Part shown: piece after piece, positions 1 through 7,515 of the stretch
Layout: every line of letters starts with the position of its first letter
Numbering within the stretch: the first letter of the stretch is position 1
Assembly (NCBI GenBank): GCA_041736305.1
Contig: JBGSTX010000297.1
Location: forward strand, 1 to 10,962
Direction of reading: 5' to 3'
Origin: Oligoflexus sp.
GTDB lineage: Bacteria > Bdellovibrionota_B > Oligoflexia > Oligoflexales > Oligoflexaceae
DNA: 10,962 bases
Translations under genes and position numbers: made by a program
Notes under the pieces: model-generated
The model's input: the letters and a program-made list of their open reading frames with translations, nothing else
Database searches by the model: none
What the model was told of the DNA's origin: nothing

Positions 1-2
1 AC

Positions 3-560
3 GGCGAGCGGGCCCGCTCAGAATATGATGCGGTCCATCCTCTACCGGAGTGGCTGTGGGAAAAGGGTTTTGTTGAAATCAGCAAGTTTTGCACCGACCC
101 CGCTTTTCGCGGCGGCGCAGTCTTCCTCCGACTAGGCGCCGAGGCTTTTCGTCTCGCTGTTCTCGAAGGAGCTTCGTATGTAGTCGTCGTCTGTCTCGAC
201 GAGATGCTCAGCACCTATAAGCGTCTGGGCTTCCAAGAAAGCGGCACGAGTTTCGAGCACCCTATGCTTAAGGAGAAAATCACCCTTCTCTATGGCGACA
301 TCGAGAAGATCCTACGCGGCGAGGGCATCGGCTTTGTCTACTGGTGCTTCCTCGGAGTACCCCTGCACGACTACTTGATTCACAATCGTCACCGTCGGCC
401 GGGTATCGGCCTGCGTATTCGCTTGCAATTAGCGCGCTGGCTGCGCCGGCCTATTACGCGCTGGCTCGAGAAACGACGCCTCTCACGCCAGGTGCAACAG
501 CCGCCAGAGCTCGCATCGACTCAGAAGAAACATCTGAAAGTTGCCAAAATAACCAAGTAA
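3..560 (+). CDS. GNAT-fold N-acyltransferase, N-acyl amino acid synthase (FeeM-like); 5'-truncated by the window edge
   Basis: The frame of ORF 204..560 has no stop back to position 3: GERARSEYDAVHPLPEWLWEKGFVEISKFCTDPAFRGGAVFLRLGAEAFRLAVLEGASYVVVVCLDEMLSTYKRLGF. It contains the GNAT motif A-like VEISKFCTDPAFRGG and the motif B-like YKRLGF. The 'vEisr/k' strand is typical of FeeM/LuxI-like acyl-ACP acyltransferases. Stop TAA at 558-560. Confidence 0.75.
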   Translation, partial: GERARSEYDAVHPLPEWLWEKGFVEISKFCTDPAFRGGAVFLRLGAEAFRLAVLEGASYVVVVCLDEMLSTYKRLGFQESGTSFEHPMLKEKITLLYGDIEKILRGEGIGFVYWCFLGVPLHDYLIHNRHRRPGIGLRIRLQLARWLRRPITRWLEKRRLSRQVQQPPELASTQKKHLKVAKITK

Positions 561-563
561 ACG

Positions 564-590
564 CAGCCTCCGCGGAGGCTGTTTTCTTTT
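564..590 (+). terminator. Rho-independent terminator
   Basis: Perfect palindrome CAGCCTCCGCGGAGGCTG (564-581; stem CAGCCTC/GAGGCTG, loop CGCG) followed by TTTTCTTTT, 3 nt after the acyltransferase stop. Confidence 0.85.
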
Positions 591-619
591 CAGCCTCCTG
601 CAATAATTACGTCCTCAGC

Positions 620-646
620 TAAATTAAATTAAATTTGTACCGATAA
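620..646 (+). promoter_or_regulatory. sigma28 (FliA)-like promoter of the cyclase gene
   Basis: TAAA(620-623)-N15-ACCGATAA(639-646) versus the consensus TAAA-N15-GCCGATAA: one mismatch, exact spacing, 33 nt upstream of ATG 680. Confidence 0.6.
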
Positions 647-657
647 ATCATCGGTAC
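637..657. repeat. 8-bp perfect inverted repeat (possible operator)
   Basis: GTACCGAT(637-644)-AAATC-ATCGGTAC(650-657), overlapping the putative sigma28 -10 element. Confidence 0.55.
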
Positions 658-679
658 TTGGTGTAAGCACAGCAAAGGC

Positions 680-2050
680 ATGAACATGCGTTGGCCGGGT
701 CTAGGACAGCAAAGAACTTCTGAAGAGGATTACGTCCTGCTTCACTATGCTGATTACCGTCAATGGAATCGCGAAGAATCTTTGCAGTTCATGCGCTACC
801 AGTGGATATTGCAGGTCGGCTTCTTACTCTTCACGATCAACAATATGATCAAAGGCGTTGGCTGGTATGTACATGTCCCTTCCATGCTTATACTGGCAGC
901 CATACCACCTCTCAGCCGCATTCTCTCGGCCCGGATACCTGATATTACCTGCAATCTTTGGGACCTTTTCGGACTGGCGACTATCTTCTCTGGCGTACGG
1001 ATTTACTACGAAGCCCACCTGCTCTATGGTTTCGGCTCGGAGAATGCGCCTATTCTCGTAACGACCTGGTTAGTGTGTTCGGGGAGCTTGCGCAGTTCGA
1101 CTCGCAGCACGGTTCTAAGGAACGGTATGCTGATCGTCTGTGGCACGGGACTGGCTTACTTTTGGATGCGACAGCAGATGCTGGGCGTCCTGGTTCAGTT
1201 CATTGAAGGGTTGATGGCCGGTACCTTTCTCGCCCACTACATCATTAAATCGCGTTGGCTCCGCTTCTATCATATGGCTTTGAACCAAGAGCAACGCTAC
1301 TTCGCCTACAAGGAACTCGCAAAGATCGTCCCCGCTCACGTCGTTCGGCATATAGAAGGTGGGAGCACCCTCGAAAGCAGCATGCCGACCGGTTGGGCTT
1401 CGGCTTGCGTTATATCCTTCGACATCATCGGTTCGAGCAAGGTGAAGCATCCCCTCTTCTCGCAGGCCGTCGAGGAGTTGGCGATTGCCTGCTACCAAAT
1501 CATGCAAGAAAACTACGATGAGAAGACTCTGGTGGCCAATGCCTACAGGATAAAGGATACCGGTGACGGTTTCCTTTGCTCAGTGGGATTTCCGTATAAA
1601 GCCCCAGGACCGCGCAGTGCCGCCGAGCTAGCCATAGAAGTGAGCCAGAGATTTGCCGAAAAATTCCGCATCATCATGAGCGAGTTGCGTTACCATGAGC
1701 CCCTGCGCTGTGCGATCGGTATCAGCCAGGGATTGGTGGAGGGGTTCTTCCCGGTTTCGGGTGTGAAGCAATACGACTTGCGGGGTCGGCCTCTGGTCCT
1801 AGCGACCCGTTATGAAGCGCTGCGCAATGCTCTTGTCAAAGCTAATGAGGTTGATTTTAAGCAAACGAGCTTTCTCATAGTTCAAGAAGCTGTCTACCAA
1901 AACCTTCCTCGCCACCTGCAACTCGACTTCCAGGACTGGGATACGAGCCGGCCAGGACACAATATTCGCGATGACGATCAGGCTAAGGTCGCCTACTATC
2001 AGCTGATCCCCTGTGCCCCTGCCCACACTAAACTGCGCAAACAGGCTTAG
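680..2050 (+). CDS. Membrane-anchored class III adenylate/guanylate cyclase family protein
   Basis: 456 aa. The N-terminal ~190 aa hold several hydrophobic segments (about 5-6 TM). The C-terminal domain has VISFDIIGSS (metal Asp248), IKDTGDGFL (Lys292, Asp296) and YDLRGRPLVLATRYE (Asp366, Arg377), matching class III cyclase motifs. Confidence 0.88.
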   Translation: MNMRWPGLGQQRTSEEDYVLLHYADYRQWNREESLQFMRYQWILQVGFLLFTINNMIKGVGWYVHVPSMLILAAIPPLSRILSARIPDITCNLWDLFGLATIFSGVRIYYEAHLLYGFGSENAPILVTTWLVCSGSLRSSTRSTVLRNGMLIVCGTGLAYFWMRQQMLGVLVQFIEGLMAGTFLAHYIIKSRWLRFYHMALNQEQRYFAYKELAKIVPAHVVRHIEGGSTLESSMPTGWASACVISFDIIGSSKVKHPLFSQAVEELAIACYQIMQENYDEKTLVANAYRIKDTGDGFLCSVGFPYKAPGPRSAAELAIEVSQRFAEKFRIIMSELRYHEPLRCAIGISQGLVEGFFPVSGVKQYDLRGRPLVLATRYEALRNALVKANEVDFKQTSFLIVQEAVYQNLPRHLQLDFQDWDTSRPGHNIRDDDQAKVAYYQLIPCAPAHTKLRKQA

Positions 2051-2381
2051 AACGACTTGGAAAGCCATGTAGACCATATTTTGCAGGTCGAAGGACACAG
2101 ATCTTCAGATCTCTAGCGAGAGTATCTATTCAAGCCAAAGTGATAAATCTATATTTTTGCTGGAAAACAGAGACTTATAGGAAAAGCTAGCGCCACGCTC
2201 ACAGTCTTATCGCAACGGCAACTTACACTTTCCCGAATATCCTAAAGAATCTCTGCAGCTAGGCGAAGGACTAGACTTGGCCCGAGTTTTGGGCTGTAAA
2301 AGGCCTGATAAGTCCCCGTTCTCTCCGCAAAAAATACTTCCATCAAAGCAGATGCTTACAATAGGTCGATCGATTTAATTT

Positions 2382-2408
2382 TCAGGACCAACCCTTGCAA
2401 GCCGATCA
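2382..2408 (+). promoter_or_regulatory. second sigma28-like promoter, upstream of the lipoprotein gene
   Basis: TCAG(2382-2385)-N15-GCCGATCA(2401-2408), ending 33 nt upstream of ATG 2442. The -10 matches 7/8; the -35 matches TAAA poorly (2/4). Confidence 0.4.
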
Positions 2409-2441
2409 TAGAACAGTATTTATTCGCTTAAGGGGATTGAA

Positions 2442-3332
2442 ATGAATTTCAAACAACTGAACCTTGTCACGTTTCTGCTTTTGACAGGAGTAGGCTGCGA
2501 TGAGTCCAATCCATATAAAGATGGAAGCGTAGGCACCGGCCAAGCCCCTAAAACCGCTACGGGCACCACCCCAGGTGCAGGCGGCGACGCAACCACAGCT
2601 AACGCCCCCATTGTTACTGAAGCGCCTAAAGTCGCCGACAAAGCCAGCATTCCAGCGGCCGAGCTCACGGCTGCCGGAGTCGTCTGTGGCGATACCGAAG
2701 CCATTACCAAATACAAAGTAGAGATGGAAGTACTTTGCCTGAACGGTCAACCGACTCAGGCATTTGCCGATCTCCTCAAGACCCCTTTCAAGGGTACGGG
2801 AGCGCCTACTCTCGGCCTTGTCAAATCGGTAGATAACGCGGGTATCAGTACCTTCGTCGTAACATCAGGCTTCGAAGTTCCGCAGACCATGGCTGGAGCC
2901 TTGGCAAAAAGAAGCGGACTCAACGTCTCGAATATCGTTGAGGGTAACGCTAGCCTTGTTCAATCTGAAGTCAAAGCTATACCATCTGCAAGCCCCAAAG
3001 ATCTTGGCGGTTTTGAACTGACAGCAACCCTCAACGTGAGTGTCGCTATCATCACAGTTAACGATGTCCGTACTTTGACGCGCGAGTATACGACACTCAA
3101 AGAGGGAATGGTCGTGCGCTCCGTCACCTTTCTCACGCCGGGCGCGCCTGACAACGCCGAGAATATCGTCGCTAACATCGTATCTTTCTGGATCAGTGAA
3201 AACGGTATGACCAAGGTCATAGGCGTCACGCATCAGCAGGCGGCTAACCGGAATCAGCATGCTACTGCTGAGACAACGATCCTAAATCTCGGTCGCCGCA
3301 CTGTTATAGATGGCTTTAACGCTCTCAAATAA
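2442..3332 (+). CDS. Uncharacterised lipoprotein
   Basis: 296 aa with RBS AGGGG at 2431-2435. Signal peptide MNFKQLNLVTFLLLTGVG-C19 (lipobox-like GVGC), then a ~45-aa T/G/A/P-rich linker, a Cys82/Cys99 pair, a beta-rich domain and a terminal amphipathic helix. Confidence 0.8.
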   Translation: MNFKQLNLVTFLLLTGVGCDESNPYKDGSVGTGQAPKTATGTTPGAGGDATTANAPIVTEAPKVADKASIPAAELTAAGVVCGDTEAITKYKVEMEVLCLNGQPTQAFADLLKTPFKGTGAPTLGLVKSVDNAGISTFVVTSGFEVPQTMAGALAKRSGLNVSNIVEGNASLVQSEVKAIPSASPKDLGGFELTATLNVSVAIITVNDVRTLTREYTTLKEGMVVRSVTFLTPGAPDNAENIVANIVSFWISENGMTKVIGVTHQQAANRNQHATAETTILNLGRRTVIDGFNALK

Positions 3333-3363
3333 GTTCTTGTAACGGGTCACATGGAAGTTGACT

Positions 3364-4578
3364 ATGCTCACTAAAAGGTGGCAAATCTTAAGCCTCCTCC
3401 TTAGCTCCCCGGCCTTGGGTCACGATATTTTCGAATATCAGGGACCCTACACCAAGGCCCATGGAGGAGCGGGTATAGTCATGAGCAAATCCGGGGAAGC
3501 GGTTTTTCACAACCCCGCCAGCCTTTGGGCCACCGAAACTTCCGATCTTTTTTTCGATATTTCCCCCTCTCGCATCACTTATGGAGTTACGACACCTGAT
3601 CCCGCTTTAAAACCCGGAGTGGTGACAGTTCCCTTAGCGCCTCTGCTTTCGCTAGGCGCGAGCGGGAAAGACCCAGACAGCGGTCTTGCAGGGGGCGTTA
3701 TCTTCATCCCTACCGGGGCCGGTACCGTCACCAAAGTCAAAGATTTTCCGGTCTCCGTGCAAGGCCAGTATCAAAACTTCGATGTGGAAAGTGAACAGAC
3801 TGGGTACAAGATAGGCCTCGGTGCCGCCTACCGCATAGGCAGCAGCTTAAGTCTAGGGCTTAGCCTGGTCCAGGATTACTCCGGCAACAAGTCGAGGATT
3901 TTCAATTCTAAAGAAAACTATCTTCGCTTTCAGTCGTCCTCGCGCTCGCTGCGTCCTGTGCTAGGGATGCGCTATACACGCGAAGGTCTGGGGACTCTAG
4001 GACTGGTTTACCAGGCGGCTAGTCAGCAGCACTATTCGCTCAAGTATGCGGCTTTCGATTCGAAGACCGAGCAGGAGACTTACCGAAAGACTTATCGAGC
4101 GGCCGTTATCGGAGTTGGCCTCGAGCTGAGAGAATTCGGACTTTTTCGGCCCTATGGTCAGTACACCTACGAAAAGTGGGTGCCCGCGACTTTCCTAGCC
4201 CAGACTCCTGCTCAAGCTTTCGCCGGCACCGCTGCGGTTGAATACCTCAACTCTCACAACTATATCCTGGGTACTAGGTATCGACTCGCGCCTGAAAAGC
4301 ATCTTACCTTTGCCTACTCCTTCTTTGGCAAGAACAAAGGAGCTGGTTTTAACGGACCCGATGGCCAAGCAGTTATGCAAGGTAGAGGCGGTCAGGATTT
4401 TGATGCCTTGGACCGAAAACATTTTACCGCCGGCATCGAGCTGGCCGGCAAATCGTCCGACTTGCTCTTCTACGGTTCTTACATCAAGGCCAGTGCGTTC
4501 TCACCCCCCGAGACTCCCAGTGCTGGATTCTATGATCTGACTATTCTTATGATCGGTGCTAGCTACGTCAGACACTGA
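3364..4578 (+). CDS. Outer-membrane beta-barrel, FadL/OmpP1/TodX-like hydrophobic-compound channel
   Basis: Signal peptide (MLTKRWQILSLLLSSPALG) followed by the hatch-like segment GGAGIVMSKSGEAVFHNPASL containing the FadL-family NPA motif. Alternating beta-strands follow (KIGLGAAYRI, LSLGLSL, PVLGMRY, YILGTRY, MIGASYVRH). ATG 3364 (GGAAG at 3353-3357) is preferred over TTG 3358. Confidence 0.7.
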   Translation: MLTKRWQILSLLLSSPALGHDIFEYQGPYTKAHGGAGIVMSKSGEAVFHNPASLWATETSDLFFDISPSRITYGVTTPDPALKPGVVTVPLAPLLSLGASGKDPDSGLAGGVIFIPTGAGTVTKVKDFPVSVQGQYQNFDVESEQTGYKIGLGAAYRIGSSLSLGLSLVQDYSGNKSRIFNSKENYLRFQSSSRSLRPVLGMRYTREGLGTLGLVYQAASQQHYSLKYAAFDSKTEQETYRKTYRAAVIGVGLELREFGLFRPYGQYTYEKWVPATFLAQTPAQAFAGTAAVEYLNSHNYILGTRYRLAPEKHLTFAYSFFGKNKGAGFNGPDGQAVMQGRGGQDFDALDRKHFTAGIELAGKSSDLLFYGSYIKASAFSPPETPSAGFYDLTILMIGASYVRH

Positions 4579-4647
4579 GCACTTACCTCTCCTTGCCTCT
4601 TATGTTAAATCTAGGCACTCTTTGGAACGCTCATGGGAGACGTCAAG

Positions 4648-7515
4648 ATGCGCTGGCTGATATCCTTTGTACTCCTGTTTCTATCGTTGAAGTCTTTCGA
4701 CACGGCTCAAGCCGCTCCCGTCGCAAATAGCGATGCCTTTCCCCTCAAGATTTATGAAAAAGAGCTGCCTAACGGGCTGAAGGTGATGGTCGTCCCTACT
4801 CCCTTTCCTAAGCTCGTTTCCTTGCAGATCCCGGTGCAGACGGGCTCACGCAATGAAATCGAAGCCGGCAAGACGGGCTTCGCTCACTTCTTCGAACACA
4901 TGATGTTCCGTGGCACCAAGAAGGTACCGGCTGCCGCCTATCAGGAGCAGCTGAAGAAAATGGGGGCGCGTCAGAACGCTTATACTTCTGGCGACTTCAC
5001 CAACTATCATACGACTTTCAGCAAAGAAGACTTGGGCCAGATGCTCGAACTCGAAGCCGACCGCTTCCAGAACCTCGAGTATGGTGAGTCAGAATTTAAG
5101 ACCGAAGCCCGCGCCGTGCTTGGCGAGTACAATAAGAACAGCGCCAACCCTTCGCAAAAGCTCTGGGAGTCGGTCAAGGACGCTGCCTTCACCACTCACC
5201 CTTACAAGCATACGACTATGGGCTTTATCAAAGACATCGAAGATATGCCGAACCAGTTCGCTTACTCGAAGACCTTCTTCGATCGCTGGTATCGACCTGA
5301 GTATACGACTATCATCATCGCCGGTGATGTAGACCCGAAGGTAAGCTTTGCGCTCGTCGAAAAACACTTCAAATCCTGGAAACGCGGCAGCTATAAGGCC
5401 AAAATCCCGACTGAGCCACCGCCAGCGGGACCGATTTACAAAAACATCAGCTGGGATGCTCCGACTCTTGCACACCTATTTATCGGCTTTCATGGACCAG
5501 CTTATGCGCCAGATGACCGGGACTACGCGGCCCTCAGCCTCCTTTTCCCGCTGGCCTTGGGCGAGACCTCGGAACTTTATAAAAAGCTGGTGATCAACGA
5601 GCAGAAATTGGATTCGCTCCGTGGCTCAGCTTCCGACTCGCGCGATCCTGACCTTTACAGCGTGTATGCTCTGATCAAGGATCCTAAGGATGCTGCGCTG
5701 GTCCGTGATACTCTGCTCAGGGGTCTAGAGAAATTCACGCGTGTTCCCGTCAGCAGCCGCGAGCTCGACGATCTTAAATCAAAGATGCGCTATAGTCTCG
5801 CCATGTCCCTGGATAACACGGAGGCTATCGCCGACACACTGGCGACTTTCGTGCACTACGAGAGACGCGGTGACACGATCAATCGGCTTTTCCGTACGAT
5901 AGAAAAAGTAAACCCTTCCGATCTGCAAAGGGTGGCCCAGCGACTCTTTACCGATAAGAACATGATCGTTGCCAGTCTCTCTAAAGATCCTCTACCCGCC
6001 ACAATGGAGCAAATACCCTCTCTGGCTTCGCTAGCGCCGAACAAGGGCGTGTCCTCTGATGTGAAAATGATCGTGCAAAAGAGTGAACTACCGCTGCTCA
6101 ATATCAAGTTTCTCTTCAAAACGGGTTCCGCCCGCGACCCGGTGGGCAAAGAGGGACTGGCTGAGCTCTCGGCGGCTATGATCACTAATGCCGGCTCTGT
6201 TCCCTACCGCTATGAGGATATTCAGAAAGCTCTCGCTCCCTTCGCCGCCAATTTCTCGAGCCAGGTCGACAAGGAAATGACGACCTTTACCATCCGCGTG
6301 CACAAGGATCACGTCAGCGAGGTCCTCGATATTGTCATGCCGAGTCTACTCGAGCCCGGGCTGCGGGATGAAGACTTCCAGAGGCTCAAAGCTAGTCAGC
6401 TGAATAGCCTCAAAAACGACCTGCGCACCAATAATGAAGAGGAACTCGGCAAAGAGCGTTTGCAGGAATTGATCTTCGCTGGCACTCCCTATGCCCACCC
6501 TGTGCTGGGTACAGTGAAAGGCATCGAGAGTCTGAGCTTAGCCGACGTGCGTGAGTTTATAAAAAAATCTTATACCCAAAAAAATCTTAGTCTGGGCGTC
6601 GCTGGGGCTAGCGAAGCGCCTTTACTCGACTCGATCAGGCGCAGCGTCGCCCAAATTCCCCAGGGCGAAGCTCTAGCTTCACCAGTGGCAGAAATCACCG
6701 GTAAAATGCCCGAGGGTCTACGGGTTAATATAGTGCAGAAGCCGACGCGCGCGACTGCCATCTCTTTCGGTCATCCGCTGTCGATCAATCGATCGCATCC
6801 AGATTTTCCTGCCCTCTGGCTGGCCCGCGCCTGGCTCGGTGAGCATAGGAGTTCGATGTCGCACCTCTATGAGCGCATCCGCGAGGTCCGCGGGATGAAC
6901 TACGGCGACTACGCTTATATCGAGGCCTTTCCAAGAGGCATGTACCTCACCTTCCCCGAAGCTAACGTCGCCCGGCATACCCAGCTCTTTGAGGTTTGGA
7001 TTCGACCAGTGCAGCCGCAGAATGCGCATATGGCCCTTAGAATTGCGCTCTTTGAACTCAATCAGTTGGTGAAAAATGGATTGAGTGCCGAGCAGTTTGA
7101 AGCCACGCGCGCTTATCTCAAGAAAAATGTATTCGTCATGACAGCTACTCAAGACCAGCAGCTCGGCTACGCTCTCGATTCCGATTGGTATGGAATTCCA
7201 GAATTCACGAGCTACATGCAGGCACAGCTCGATAAGCTGACTCCCCAAGCCGTAAATGAGGTGATTCGTCGGCATATTTCGCCTAATAATCTGCAGGTGG
7301 TCATGATTACCCAAGATGCAGAAGGACTCAAAAAAGCTCTCGTGGCCGATGCACCCTCGACGATCACCTACGATGGGACTAAGCCGCCGGAACTCCTCGA
7401 AGAGGACAAGCTCATCGGCGGCACTAAACTAGGTATTCCGGCGAAGGCTGTGGTCATCACTCCTATCGATGCGGTTTTCGGCGGTGGTAAAGGGGAGGTT
7501 CCGGCGGTTCTGTAG
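4648..7515 (+). CDS. Secreted M16 (insulinase/pitrilysin) family zinc metallopeptidase, two fused M16B-type halves
   Basis: Signal peptide MRWLISFVLLFLSLKSFDTAQA. Inverted zinc motif HFFEH in GKTGFAHFFEHMMFRGT, NAYT motif and downstream Glu in EARAVLGEY. The second half has DPVGKEGLAEL (no HxxEH) and IREVRGMNYG (R/Y pair). ATG 4648 has GGAG at 4636-4639; the ORF track starts at 4633. Confidence 0.93.
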   Translation: MRWLISFVLLFLSLKSFDTAQAAPVANSDAFPLKIYEKELPNGLKVMVVPTPFPKLVSLQIPVQTGSRNEIEAGKTGFAHFFEHMMFRGTKKVPAAAYQEQLKKMGARQNAYTSGDFTNYHTTFSKEDLGQMLELEADRFQNLEYGESEFKTEARAVLGEYNKNSANPSQKLWESVKDAAFTTHPYKHTTMGFIKDIEDMPNQFAYSKTFFDRWYRPEYTTIIIAGDVDPKVSFALVEKHFKSWKRGSYKAKIPTEPPPAGPIYKNISWDAPTLAHLFIGFHGPAYAPDDRDYAALSLLFPLALGETSELYKKLVINEQKLDSLRGSASDSRDPDLYSVYALIKDPKDAALVRDTLLRGLEKFTRVPVSSRELDDLKSKMRYSLAMSLDNTEAIADTLATFVHYERRGDTINRLFRTIEKVNPSDLQRVAQRLFTDKNMIVASLSKDPLPATMEQIPSLASLAPNKGVSSDVKMIVQKSELPLLNIKFLFKTGSARDPVGKEGLAELSAAMITNAGSVPYRYEDIQKALAPFAANFSSQVDKEMTTFTIRVHKDHVSEVLDIVMPSLLEPGLRDEDFQRLKASQLNSLKNDLRTNNEEELGKERLQELIFAGTPYAHPVLGTVKGIESLSLADVREFIKKSYTQKNLSLGVAGASEAPLLDSIRRSVAQIPQGEALASPVAEITGKMPEGLRVNIVQKPTRATAISFGHPLSINRSHPDFPALWLARAWLGEHRSSMSHLYERIREVRGMNYGDYAYIEAFPRGMYLTFPEANVARHTQLFEVWIRPVQPQNAHMALRIALFELNQLVKNGLSAEQFEATRAYLKKNVFVMTATQDQQLGYALDSDWYGIPEFTSYMQAQLDKLTPQAVNEVIRRHISPNNLQVVMITQDAEGLKKALVADAPSTITYDGTKPPELLEEDKLIGGTKLGIPAKAVVITPIDAVFGGGKGEVPAVL

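Noticed and set aside
204..560. 118-aa ORF starting at ATG 204 as a complete gene
   Set aside because: The frame is open to the window edge and GNAT motif A lies upstream of 204, so ATG 204 is an internal Met.
2099..2112. AGATCT-TC-AGATCT palindrome downstream of the cyclase
   Set aside because: Short, with a 2-nt spacer, no U-tract and no second copy; compatible with chance.
2278..2292. sigma54-like TGGCCCG-N4-TTGG
   Set aside because: It lacks the conserved -12 GC (reads GG) and is equally explained by the small hairpin GGCCCGA/TTGGGCT (2279-2295).
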